A stretch of 20,000 bases of DNA, from the NCBI GenBank assembly GCA_003971905.1, contig RSEE01000168.1, forward strand, positions 50,461 through 70,460, given 5' to 3'. Shown one piece after another: positions 1-11,030 of this stretch (position 1 is its first letter; every line of letters begins with the position of its first letter). The position numbers and the translations under genes are program-made. A model generated the notes under the pieces. The model searched no databases and had not been told where the DNA came from. It was given only the letters and a program-made list of their open reading frames with translations. This DNA comes from Moniliella sp. 'wahieum' (Eukaryota).

Positions 1-201
1 TGCCGAGCGGGTCCTCGTGCTGGAGAAGGGCGGCGCTCTCGCTCTCAATGTCGTGGTCCGGCTGGTCGTGGTAGGGGGCGGGGTGGCCATCGTACAGCCC
101 CTTTCGAGGGTGTAGATGGTTTTCTTGAGATGGTCGTAGTCCAGATACGCGTCCCGCCACTCGGGGACGCTGTTGAACTGGAGGCTGTGGGAGAACTTCA
201 T
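1..201 (-). CDS. PHO91: SPX-domain low-affinity phosphate transporter (Pho91/Pho87/Pho90 family), 5' end only; runs off the window
   Basis: Manual translation from the ATG at 201 gives MKFSHSLQFNSVPEWRDAYLDYDHLKKTIYTLE, the N-terminal SPX helix signature of Pho91-type transporters. One missing base near 100 would continue it as KGLYDGHPAPYHDQPDHDIESESAALLQHEDPLG. Not listed in the ORF track. Confidence 0.88.
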   Translation of the reverse strand, partial: MKFSHSLQFNSVPEWRDAYLDYDHLKKTIYTLERGCTMATPPPTTTSRTTTLRARAPPFSSTRTRSA

Positions 202-534
202 GGTCCTCGCAGGCCAGCGACGGTGGGGGCAGAGCAAGCGAGGGCAGCGGCAAACCAAGGAAGGGGTGGCGCCACGCCAGGCGTCCCCTGGCGTGCCCTG
301 GGCGCGGCCTGGTTAGGCCAGGCGAAGGAGCGTGCTGCCCACTGCAAGGTTCAACTTGGCTGCTCAGCCCGCCTGGGGCGTCGCGTACACAGGCCCCGCG
401 GCCCGCCCGCCCACAGCACCCACACTGCCCCTGCGCCCCACGCCACGCGGTGAAACCCGTGCTTAGCTAACCAAATGCAATGGGCGATGCAGGGCGGCGG
501 GGCGCTGCGTGGGTGGGTTTAACGTTAAAATTTA

Positions 535-571
535 CCCTCCAGCCTCTTTTGCCCTGATCGAGGCTGGAGGG
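535..571. repeat. Perfect 12-bp inverted repeat with 13-nt spacer
   Basis: CCCTCCAGCCTC (535-546) and GAGGCTGGAGGG (560-571) are exact reverse complements. Confidence 0.9.
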
Positions 572-582
572 CAACCAAGCAA

Positions 583-608
583 CTTGAAGCTTCAAGCTTC
601 AAGCTTCA
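583..608. repeat. (TTCAAGC)n heptamer array beginning with a 14-bp palindrome
   Basis: CTTGAAGCTTCAAG (583-596) is palindromic and continues as CTTCAAGCTTCA. Confidence 0.85.
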
Positions 609-1578
609 CCAGCTCCAAGCACCCAAACCGCCATCAACTCACCAGTCACTGTGACATGTTAGCGGGCGTCGTCTCGGTTTGGAATGGGTGGAGTAAGCGT
701 AAGCCCCTCACATAGCCCACCCCCGTCTCTCCGCCGCGCCAGACGATGCAGACGGACTGTCGAATGTGCCGCAGCGCATCTCATAACCATGACATCGACA
801 GTCGGTCCTAGTCAGGATATATAGTAGCTTTGTATAGATCCCCCTGTTGCCGAGTATTTATCTACTTTGGCTGCTCCCTGTGCCTGCCGTTTCTGCGTGG
901 TATATGAAGCTAGCCACTCCTGTCGGCGCGAGATCACGAACGGACTACGCCGGAGATCTGAGCCGAGGAGGACTCGTAGACAGGCAGTAAGCAAGTATGT
1001 TCTCCGCAACTCGCTCTGGCCGCGCATTCGGACCTGCCCGTCTGACATTCTGAGATCTGAGACCGGATTGATGGAAGGAGATGATTTATGCAAGAGCTGC
1101 GTGGGGGGCATGCGCGTGGCCCTGTCGGGATAGTCGATAGCAGCGAGATGGTCATCCATTTGCGATGAATTATCGCCCCCGTCCAGAGCGTGAGCGCCGA
1201 GAACACCCGCCGGCGCGCGTGCGTGCCTCAGCGCCTCTGGCCCCATACAGGAGGCACTTTCCAGCGTCCTTGTCCATCCGTCACGCGTCGCATGTCACCG
1301 CCGCCGCCGGCTTTGGCGCTGTCGCAGAGCGTAGACAGCACGCCCGCCGCCAAGTGCGCCCAGGTGGAACAAGCGGAGAGCGATGCGAGCATCTGCCGTG
1401 CGTTCTTTGTACATACCCCCGCGTCTGCCCGTCTATGATGCGTCTGCGTACTTGTACGCACGCTTCAAGCTTCCGCTTCAAGGCACACTGGCTTGGCACT
1501 TGCCACACTCGCCCCGTGCCGCCTGCTCCCCTTGCTATCAGTGTGGCTCCTCGGCGGCGCGCGTGGTGCTGATGGCGG

Positions 1579-1584
1579 TATAAG
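1579..1584 (+). promoter_or_regulatory. Possible TATA element of the hydrolase gene
   Basis: TATAAG in GC-rich context about 65 nt upstream of the ATG at 1645, followed by a pyrimidine-rich leader. Confidence 0.4.
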
Positions 1585-1644
1585 CGCAGCGCAGCCGAGC
1601 CGGTACTTCCACCATCACCCTCATCCCCCCCCTCCAAGGCAGAG

Positions 1645-3610
1645 ATGTTGGCCTCAACCGCGCTCAAGTTGGCTGCTGCGACGGGCATCGTTGCCGCCGC
1701 CTTGCATCCCGGCCCTCCTGTCCGCCGCCCCTCTGTCCCATCCATCAGGGGGCTCACCGGGAACAACCCCTCGCTCGAATCCCAGGGCGACGCCTGGCTT
1801 TCCTCTGGCTCGCACCATGGATCCGCCGATGGGACCGCCGATGGGACCGCCGATGGGACCACCAACGGATCCGGCTCAGGCTCCGACTTGGGCGACCCAA
1901 CGGGAAGCGGAAGTCCTCCTCCTCTGACTCCTCTTCTTCAGGGGGATCCGACTCAGACGACGTGCCTTACCTAGCCAGTGAAGTATGGCACGCCAGTGTC
2001 TATGCTCGCGATCGTTACAGCCCGGGGGACACCATCCCTGGCGCACGGCAGCAAGATACCTGGAACCAAACTGCCATTCTCACCATTGACGGTACGGATG
2101 ACATGAGCCAGAATCCCCAGTGCGAAACGGTGTTTATTGCCACCGCCCCCAACACGGGCTCCTTTCCATCCGGTTGGGAAACGCTTCCGTCAGTCTTGGG
2201 ATTTGACCTGATGCGCGACCTTTGGGTGTCCTCGCCCGATGAGGAGGCGGCTTTCCGCACCAGGCCGAACCGGGCGAGTCGCCGTGCTGGTTCTGGTTCT
2301 GGTTCTGGTTCCGGCCCCGGCTCCGGCTCTGGCTCCGGCTCTAGTACTAGTGCCGGCTCCAACTCTAGATCGGGCTCCGGCTCTGACTCGGACATGATGC
2401 TGGACGAGGGGCTATTTTCCCCTACTACATTGAGCATGGGAAGAACACATCGCTCATTAAGCGGGCAGTCATTGCGATTCCTGGGGTTCCGCGGGACACT
2501 TGGAAAGCAGTGAATGAAGTACGCAACTCGCTCATCTGCACCGCCTATGCCAACGACACCGACCTCGACCTGTCCGAAATTTTGATCCTCGGTCCGACCT
2601 GGTTAACGCAGGACGACATCAAGGCCGGTGGGGAGAGGCCAAGGATCTGTACTGGCCCTCGGGAAATGGGTGGGGCACGGGCATTCCTTCGGCCGGACCC
2701 AATGGGGTGAGCATCTCCGCCTTTAGTGCGCTCGACGCGTTGGTCAACATGTTGTTTGACAACTCGAACTTCCCCTCGTTAAACAATGTCGTGATTGCGG
2801 GCCATTCACTGGGGGTTCATTGAGCCAGCGCTACGCTACCATTCGTGGTGTCACAGATGACGATCCTGATCTGATCTACTGGGCTGGAAATCCGTCGGTG
2901 TATACCTGGCCCTCGCCCCGCCGGCCAGTGAACAAGATCAAGGGCTCGTCATGCAATAGCACACGCAACCAATGGCCGTATGGTCTGGACCTGACCAACT
3001 CATCTTTGACCCTCTCGTACAATCCGGTGCCGCCACGCGTTGCCTCGGAGCGCAAGGCCACCTCTGCCACCCTCCGGAGTCAGTACCTTGCCCGTCATGT
3101 CCACTTTGCGTGTGGCCTCAGTGATGATCTGGAGGGAGCACCGCAGTGCGAGGCCACTTACCAAGGCAACACCCATCTTAACCGCTGCCGAAACTTCCAA
3201 GCACAAGTGCTGGCTGAACCTGCGGGCAACAATCAGACTTGGAGCTACGTCCCCAACGTCGCTCACCAAGAATACCTCGTACGTCCTCTAGCCCTTTCTC
3301 TCGCGGTGACTTTTTACGGTTGTAGAATTCAGACTAATGCAGAACCCGAATCCAGATGTTCTCGGCACCAGCGACGCAGAAAATTTTGTTTATCAATTCC
3401 CTCAACGATCGTTTTGCCGCCGTGCGCTCCACCAACTCATCTGCCGGTCACTCGGGAAATGGATTGACGGGCACCCGGTCCCCCGGAGAAAATACCACTA
3501 CGACGTCGCCAGAGCAACCAAGCGCGGCCTCGTTGATGGCGTCTCCCTGCTTCACCTTGGTTTGGGCCTCTGCTTTGCTGGTGATGATGGGTCTGACATG
3601 GCGGATTTGA
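1645..3610 (+). CDS. Secreted, probably GPI-anchored alpha/beta-hydrolase-fold protein (2 exons; several apparent single-base deletions)
   Basis: Joined from ORFs 1645, 1962, 2510, 2820 and 3356. Signal peptide MLASTALKLAAATGIVAAA; core IKRAVIAIPGVPRDTW...SAFSALDALVNMLFD...FPSLNNVVIAGHSLG (nucleophile elbow 2800-2814)...SQRYA...GNPSVY...NQWPYGL. A candidate catalytic His lies in VAHQEYL|MFS across the intron. Ends in a Ser/Thr-rich spacer and hydrophobic tail CFTLVWASALLVMMGLTWRI*. Frameshifts near 1945, 2410, 2630-2700 and 2815. Confidence 0.8.
1825..1860 (+). repeat. Coding 12-bp tandem repeat x3 (ADGT)3
   Basis: GCCGATGGGACC three times exactly. Confidence 0.95.
2289..2384 (+). repeat. 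Coding Gly-Ser hexamer repeat (flexible linker)
   Basis: GGTTCT/GGCTCC/GGCTCT units encoding GSGSGSGSGPGSGSGSGSSTSAGSNSRSGSGS. Confidence 0.9.
3279..3355 (+). other. Spliceosomal intron (77 nt) in the hydrolase gene
   Basis: GTACGT donor, ACTAAT branch site, CAG acceptor; removal fuses HQEYL in frame to MFSAPATQKILF. Confidence 0.85.
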
Positions 3611-4774
3611 ATTAGTACCAATACTGTCCTCTCATTTTTCTATTCCATACCCTCTGTCTCTCGTTTCTTCCGTACACAGTTGATATGGACACGGTTTCCG
3701 CTTGGCTCTACCCTGCTTGCGAATACAGTCAGGCTAATCGTGTCCTTCCTCTCGACATGTCGCAGTAGCACTCCCCCCAGCCCGTCCCGCTGATGCCCCT
3801 GATAGATGCCCCCATGACCGAGACGTCGTCCGCGTTCCCAGCGTCTGACCACAGCTTTCCAAACTGATTACTCATGTGCCTGCCTGGTAGGCAGCACCCG
3901 ATCGTCGCTGCACTCGAGCAAGCTCGACCGGCCTGTGCCACTGTGCTCTATACACAACTCAACGCCTGTGCTTTGCCCCATCTGTTCCTTCCCGGGGCGC
4001 TACCATTCCCTACAGGGCATGGGCACATTTGTTGGACGCCACCGACTTCTCTAAGTAAGATCAAGCGCGCGTTAGCGGTGGTGGTGCACACGCAGCTATA
4101 CAAGTGGCAGAACCGCTGGGCCAGATGGGGTTGAGATGGCGAATTCCGTTCGCCGCTTGTACCCCCGCTATTCAATGGTTTGAGAGGAAACTAAGAATGC
4201 GCCAACGCTGGAGCTCACTGGCAGAGCGTGATCCATCATAGCGCGGCCCAAGGAGGGGGAAATAGATGCCCTCTGCGTCCTTGACTTCCACCCATTGTCG
4301 CGATACGAATAGTACGTCATGCTCTCTCCCACTCTAAAGCCAGTACTGGGTCTTGGTCTAGGAATTCGACCTACTCCCCTCCCCTTGCTCACCGTCTCGG
4401 CTTCAGGCCCAAGCACAGACGTGGGGAAGAGCCGCTGCCTCGCTCCCTCCTTTTGGTCTTGGCCCAGACGGGCCAATGACGATGATGGTCCGATTCCCTC
4501 GTCCCCTCATTGCTCTCGCCCTCCCGGGCTTCCCCTTCGGGGACCTTCGGCGATGTTTTTTTCTTCCAAGACGCCCCCTCCCCTCTGGTGTTCCTCTCCT
4601 ACCTGTATGTGAACCTTCTTTCTCACTCGGCTGTCAAAATGATCACGTAGCTCCACCAGAGCCAGGCGAGAAGGAGAGGAAGAAGATAGTCATCAGTCAG
4701 CGCATCAGCCAGCCCGCTCCGTCCCAAGCGTGGTTCCCGTACTTCCACGCCCACGCACACGCTCACGATCACGA

Positions 4775-5893
4775 TCACACCTCTGCTGGGTCACGACCAT
4801 CCGCGGTACCGGGGAACGTGGGAGGAGGACTGGCATCCTGGGAAGGGGTCGAACTTTCCGACAGTTGCCAGGCTGGAACGGTAGGTTTGGGCGCGTCAGG
4901 CACTGGTGTTGAGACCGAGGCAGAAGGCGCAACGGGGGGAAGGGCAGATCCCAAACCACCATTGGGTGCCTCGTTATCCTTCTTGTCGTCGTCGGGCAGC
5001 TGTTGCCAGGCCGGGATGGTTGGTTTGGCGGCCAACTGCCAGCTGGGCACCGAGGGGCGAGGCATCGATGGCCTGGGTGGCGCCGAGGAAGCGGTGGCAA
5101 CGCCGCTGCCTGGGGCAGGCGCTGCGGTGCGCGATACAAAGAGGGTCTTGAGGCTCTTGACTTCGGTGGTGATGCCGTCGAGCGCGGCCTTTTGGGCCTC
5201 CTTGTGCGCATCAAACATACGGTTCAGCTGCGCGTTCACATCGTCTACTTGACGTTGCAACTGGCGGATTTCTTGGTCGCGCTGCGCCTCGCGCTTATCA
5301 GCTTGCTTGAGCGCGTCGTGCACGTCCTGCGTAGCAGCGAGCACGAGCGCTTGCTGCGCGTCCAGACCGGCCTTGGCAGCCGCTGTGGCACTGTCCAACG
5401 ACGCCAGCTGCTTCTCCACCGCATCGTACCGCGCCGTCAGCGCAGCCAGATCGGCTTCCAGCGCATTGTTCGACGGCGGTTGGAGGTACGGGTAGAGCCA
5501 GCGCTTGCCCAGCGCGTACAGGCCATACCCCACCCCACCACCAACGACCGACATGATGAACCAGTCGCGCCAGTCGCTCGGAGCGCGGCGCGGCGGCGGT
5601 GGTGGCGCATACCCAGTGGCAGGGGCGGGGTAGCCATACGCACCGGCCGAAGCAGGCGCAGGCGCAGGCGCCGCACCGGCACGCGAAATGGCCGCGTCGA
5701 CTTCGCTGGAGGAGAGACCCTTGGATTCGAGAAAGGCGATGCGCTGGGAGAGCGGGGCGGAGGCCACGCTCGGGTGGCGGAGGAAGCTGAGCGCCGACTG
5801 GACCACCTCGGGGCGCAGGCTGGAGGGCGAGGGCGCAGGCGCGATGGCCGGCGCCTCCTCGGCAGGCGGCAGGCCAGGAGCAGCGTCGGACAT
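4775..5893 (-). CDS. PEX14: Peroxisomal membrane docking protein Pex14
   Basis: Start at the ATG at 5893 (MSDAAPG). Pex14_N domain LRPEVVQSALSFLRHPSVASAPLSQRIAFLESKGLSSSEVDAAI, hydrophobic segment DWRDWFIMSVVGGGVGYGLYALGKRWLYP, coiled coil ending EVKSLKTL, and C-terminal IPAWQ-type motifs. The ORF is uninterrupted. Confidence 0.96.
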   Translation of the reverse strand: MSDAAPGLPPAEEAPAIAPAPSPSSLRPEVVQSALSFLRHPSVASAPLSQRIAFLESKGLSSSEVDAAISRAGAAPAPAPASAGAYGYPAPATGYAPPPPPRRAPSDWRDWFIMSVVGGGVGYGLYALGKRWLYPYLQPPSNNALEADLAALTARYDAVEKQLASLDSATAAAKAGLDAQQALVLAATQDVHDALKQADKREAQRDQEIRQLQRQVDDVNAQLNRMFDAHKEAQKAALDGITTEVKSLKTLFVSRTAAPAPGSGVATASSAPPRPSMPRPSVPSWQLAAKPTIPAWQQLPDDDKKDNEAPNGGLGSALPPVAPSASVSTPVPDAPKPTVPAWQLSESSTPSQDASPPPTFPGTADGRDPAEV

Positions 5894-6086
5894 GGTGGAC
5901 AGCCGCGAGCCCAGCGGCGCCCTTCGGATGATGCCTGCGGGCCGGCTCGCGTCGGCCCAACTCGGCTCGGCTTGGTCCGAACAGCCAGAGGGCGGGGGCG
6001 CCAGGGAAGCACAGTGGCTCCCACGAAGAACCCGCACTCGGTAAAAGTTTCACCCGCCCAGCGCGTGAATGGCAGACGCTGGAGAC

Positions 6087-6106
6087 GGCTTCTGGCTTCT
6101 GGCTTC
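6087..6106. repeat. (GGCTTCT)x3 heptamer array upstream of PEX14
   Basis: GGCTTCT GGCTTCT GGCTTC. Confidence 0.8.
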
Positions 6107-8410
6107 GCACTCTACCACCCAGGTATATAAACACACTCTCCTCCCACAGGCTACTGGTATAGGATTGACGTTCATGCATGCACGTTCTTGGATCCTCGCT
6201 CATATGACTGCCCTCATTCATGTGCACTCGCTTGTCGCACCCAGTTTGGATGTGAATGGCCAGAGCCAGAAAAGGTCCAGACCTTCTGGCAACTCCATCG
6301 GCCTCTTGATTGGGTTACTAGCAAGAGCTAGCAGCACACGTCCGATCAACGAGCCCGGTATAAAGGTGTAACGTTTCTTCCCCCCCCCCGTCTTCAGCTT
6401 CTTGCAAAAGATATCAATGCAGGCGTAACATCGCGTGAAACTGTCTGACGCAACACGCGCGCCACCCGACAGTAATAGAAGAAGTGGACAACTCAAAGCT
6501 GAACAAGAGGGTCAATAACAGCGTCCAACATAACGGACGGGCGCGCGAGCGCATTTGCAACAGTTAGGAGGAATTCCATTGCGCGTCATTGGGAATCCAA
6601 CCAAGCGAATAATTGGCGGCAGCGCCTCCCATCTGGCTAGGCCGAACCGAGGACTCATTAACACCCAACTGAGTGTGCGCTCTCTGGGGGCGGGGAAAGC
6701 AGGTATTTGATTCGGGGGAAAAGAAAACTGGGAGAAGGTGCAGAATGTACCCCAGGTGGGCATGCAACCCACCGAAGAGAGTTTGTTTACCGTGGCATTC
6801 ACAAGACCAAGACCGATTGGGCACCATTAGGGAAAGAGATGAGGAAAAGAACCAGTGCGGGTCGTCTAGAGACGTGTGTTAGGCCAATGGGCTGAGGATC
6901 CTACGTTGGCAGTCACGGGCCAAGGATGGAGGTGTGGCAAGAGACCAAGGAGGCGGGAGGACGGCCGGCCGTGTCAGTGAACAACTCAGACACCTACATC
7001 TACCATAGGCGGAGGGTTGGGATGACGTACTTGATCAAGTTAGGCTGGGGGTTGGAGCTGGTCCAGCCGAGTAAACAACGAACGGGACCCAGGCGTAGTG
7101 CAGCACTCTTGCCCGTCTCGATGGCGGTGGAAATATAACCCTACAGGATATGAGGAAAGTGGGAAGAAGTCAACATGTCAACGTTGTCAACAGAGGAGGT
7201 TTTCGCGCGCCTCGCCATTCATGCCCATCATGTTTGTAACCACAGCGAGGCTCGGGAAGAAGACGGGGGGGCGATGCACAGAGGGGATAAGAATCGCACC
7301 TTTTGCTCTTCGGACAGCAGCGCCATTGTGGAGAGACGAGGATGAAGGTGGCAGAGGGAGGTGGCGGTGTGAAAGAAGGCTGGCTTGGCCTCGGTGGCTG
7401 CTGGCCGAGCACGAGACTGAAAAGCTCAGCCGGGGCGCTTCCATCGTTTTCCGCTGCCACGAATCGCATGATCGCTGACCGAGATGATGTCGACAAGCCT
7501 AGTGAGGAGGGGCAGCCACGAGCAGCTGTCGATGATCGATGATGACATCGATGATGTGGGAAACTTGAAATCAACCAAGGACCATCCAATTCCGCCTCCC
7601 CATAGCATGGCCCAGCCTCTGAACGTTCAGTTGAACAGAGCAAGCACCATCCAGCAACGTTGCATGGGTCAAATTTGCTTTTGCCGGTCACGCGCCAAGT
7701 CGCACAGGCCATCCACACGCCACAAGCACACGCGCCCAGACTCTCGATCACCCCGGAAGAGACTCGCGAGGATGATTAATGATTTTTGCTCGTTGGTTGC
7801 ATATGCCCAACAAAGGACTCGGACCCCAGGAGGAATCGTGGTGGGCACGGCCCATCCAAAGCCGAGGTGCCACCAATAAGATAGCGGCAAAGTAGAGCTG
7901 CCCAACTGCTCGCTGGGCGTGCTCTGCCTGGCAAGTGACTGTCGGTGCAACAAGCCATGCGATGATGGTGGCGTGACGGCCATGAAACGCCGTCGGTGTG
8001 TGGGGAGAGGCGGTTAGACCGGTGAAAGTTACAGGAGCCCAAGTGCAATGCCAGGATCGGCATGTGGGACTACATGGGGCCCATCAGGCACGGCTGCTGC
8101 CCCTGCTGGCAGTGCCGGACACTCTCCCTCGGCGACACTCGGCCGAGACGTCGGGGGAAAAGCAGGTTGGCGCGTGAAGGCCAGCTTGCACACCCGCACC
8201 TGAAATCCCCAGTTTTAGAGCTGCCTTGGCCGAAGAACCCTTGGCGCCGCCCCTCGGCACGCACTGCGCCAGTCTCTCTCCAGCCGTCCCAGGCGGTCCC
8301 CCTCGCGCATCTTCTCCCCCTTCTTCCCCATCCCGACGCCCCCACCGCTGTCGGCTGGGTTGCTCCTGCCACCATCTCCCCACCCCCACTCCCCTCCTCC
8401 TCCATTCATC

Positions 8411-10206
8411 ATGCCCCCAGCGCGTGTCGCTGTCGTCGGTTCTGGCCTTGCTGGCCTGGCCTGCGCCCACCGTCTGGCGGCGGCATGCGATGTGCACGTC
8501 ATTGAAGCCGCCCCCGCTCTGGGCCTCGACAGTGCCTCCATTCTTGTCCGCCCACCTACCCCTACCACCTCGTCCGACGCCTCCACCCCAGCCCCACCCC
8601 CGGATGCACACCCAGCAGTGCGAGTGGATGTGCCGATGCGCGCACTCAACTATGGATACTACCCCGAGACGTGCGCGCTCTACCGCCAACTGGGCGTTTC
8701 GCTCCAGCCAACCGAGTTCACCTACTCCTTTGCCACCGCCGCTCCGCGCAATCCACTGTCGTCTCGTCAAGCATCCGCGCCCCCCAGCTCGACCGACAGC
8801 GTTGCGGGCGCGTCCGAACCCTCACAGACCGCGCGCCCCAACAGTTCTCAGTGGCAAGCCCCGCCGCCCCACACATTGTACAATGGCGCCTCGGGGCTGC
8901 GGGGGGTGGGCCTGCCTACGCAGTACCGTTGGAAGGCGGCCCGGCAGCGTGCTATCACCCAATGGGGCTCTCTCCCTTCCCCCCTGCTCCTGATCGCTAC
9001 CGCCCTGGATATCATTCTCGGCTTGGGACGGTATACTCTTTGGTGGGGCGGGATGTTGTGGTCCTATGTATTGTTGTTGGCCTATGCACTCTATCACCAC
9101 CATCTCGGCCACTTGCGCGACTCGTCGCATGAGTTGACCAAAACCGACGTGGCGTTGGCTTGGTATCCCGCTTCAGCGCAAACTCGCTCAGCCCCCACGC
9201 GGCTGGGGGTACGGCCAGCTGCTAATGACGGACTTTACGCACCACATGCTGCTTCCGCTCATGAGTGCCGTGATGACCTGCCCCATCTCCGAGGTGACAG
9301 AGGCGCCTGTGGCCGATATCCTCGAGTATGTCGCGGCTACTTTCCTCCGCTCCCATGCACGCGTGCGAGGTGGCGTGACCCGGGTTCAAACTGCCCTCGT
9401 TGCCTCCATCCCCGAGGACAACATTCATCTTTCCACACGCGTCGTGGGCATGACCCCGACCCCAGGTGGGCGAATGCAGCTTCTTGTCTCCCCCTCGGAC
9501 GGAGGCACACCAGGTACACTCTGCCCCTCCTGGGCAGAATTTGATCACGTTGTGCTTGCCACCCCGGCCGATTTGGGCGGAGAATTGGTGGAGCACTACC
9601 TGCACTCCTGCCTCGATAAAGGTGGTAACGAACACGCTGCGTTGCTCCGATCCTTTGCAAACGCTCTCGCCTCTGTCCCTTACACAGCAGTCACAGTCGT
9701 CAACCATACTGATCGTCTCTTGCTCCCCCCGCGCCGGAGGACTGGAGAGACCTCAACCTAATCCTGCCTTTGCGGGGGGGGCAAACGATGGCCACCCACC
9801 TTTTGGCTCAAGATTTCCCCTCGGCCAACGGCCCGCAACTCTTGCTCCAAACGACGGCACCACAGAACAGAGCGGCATGGCTCCGCGTTCGGCTACCGTG
9901 CTTTCAACCGCAACCATGCGCAGGGCACGCACTACCCTCGCATCGCGCCAGATCCAAGACCGCACCCTGTTCCAGTGGACACGCCGACCATGGGGACGAC
10001 TGGTACACTGCCTCTCTTCCCTGCTGGGCTTGGCGCAATGGGACCTCTCGCTCGGTGCGGCGCAGGGAGTACCGCTGGTGGAGCACGGCACCGAAGCTCG
10101 GATTTGGGCGTGTGGCTCGTGGTCCCCTGGAATCCCGTTATTGGAAGGATGTGTCCGCTCCGCCCACCTGGTCGCCGACGCTATCATTCAGTTGGAGCAA
10201 TCCTAA
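8411..10206 (+). CDS. Uncharacterised FAD/NAD(P)-binding oxidoreductase (amine-oxidase fold, related to COG2907), about 3 apparent frameshifts
   Basis: ATG at 8411; Rossmann motif RVAVVGSGLAGLACAHRL...VHVIEA; VDVPMR...YYP..LYRQLGV; then FDHVVLATPA, VVNHTD..LP..DWRDLNL, TMATH, LLQTT and C-terminal IWACGSWSPGIPLLEGCVRSAHLVA. Frames switch near 9160, 9730 and 9880. Confidence 0.85.
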
Positions 10207-11030
10207 GCCAAACCGGTTTACATGATGGCGGATGTAACGCCCTTGAGGGTAAGAGTTGATGGGCAAGTGGGAAGATCCTGCCAAACTCTTTTTGGTTGGC
10301 TGCGGGGACTCACCGGGACTGTGCAGTGTTGGGGAGTTGCGATAAAGAGTTTCCCCCGGCCCAGTGGACGAGGTAATAATTCCCCCAAAACACGTGTCGC
10401 CCTTTACGGATGGTCGATGGTTCTGTCCAAACCACCTCTTCGTTGCCCATGGCATTGCGGTCTTCGTCTTACATACAACCACGGAGTTTCAGACTCTCCT
10501 ATAGGAGAAGTGAATATGGTGAAACGCTTCTACTACAGCATAGCCTGCTACACAAGGGTAACGGCATGAAAGGTTCACTGTTGCTTCATCTTTTGGGTAG
10601 CCTCAATGTAATTAGTAAGCTGTTGTTTGGCACTTTGATGAGCGCGTTACTTGACTCCCGGTATTGGAAGCCAGTGTGGGGGAAAAGGGCTCATCGAAAA
10701 GGGATCATCATCATTGATGAGTATACTGAGTCACAGTGTGTATACTTCTCATATGTCAACGTTGTCCAGACTGTTCCAGCCTTGTCATGTCTCCCCTCGA
10801 TAAAGACCGTATTCGGATTGTAAGGTCTTGGCTCGATACACTCACAAGAAATAAGTATACGATGCGTTGTGGTCCCAAAGATATGAACGTTCTTGACATT
10901 ATTTCAGAGCGTACGAGCTATATACGAACTATAGTTCTTCTCCTTCACCACTGGGCCCTCTCGTTAACCAACAAAAGTGTATCGAATTGACTTCCCATGC
11001 GTACAGGAGAGGAGGGTCCAACTATCATTA

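Noticed and set aside
202..1644. Pho4-type CACGTG site upstream of the phosphate transporter; ORFs at 812-1572
   Set aside because: No CACGTG was seen in this interval, and the ORFs show no recognisable motif.
5003..6227. Long overlapping ORFs (375 aa +, 309 aa -, 258 aa +) over PEX14
   Set aside because: Shadow ORFs of a GC-rich coding sequence; Arg/Gly/Ala-rich with no motifs.
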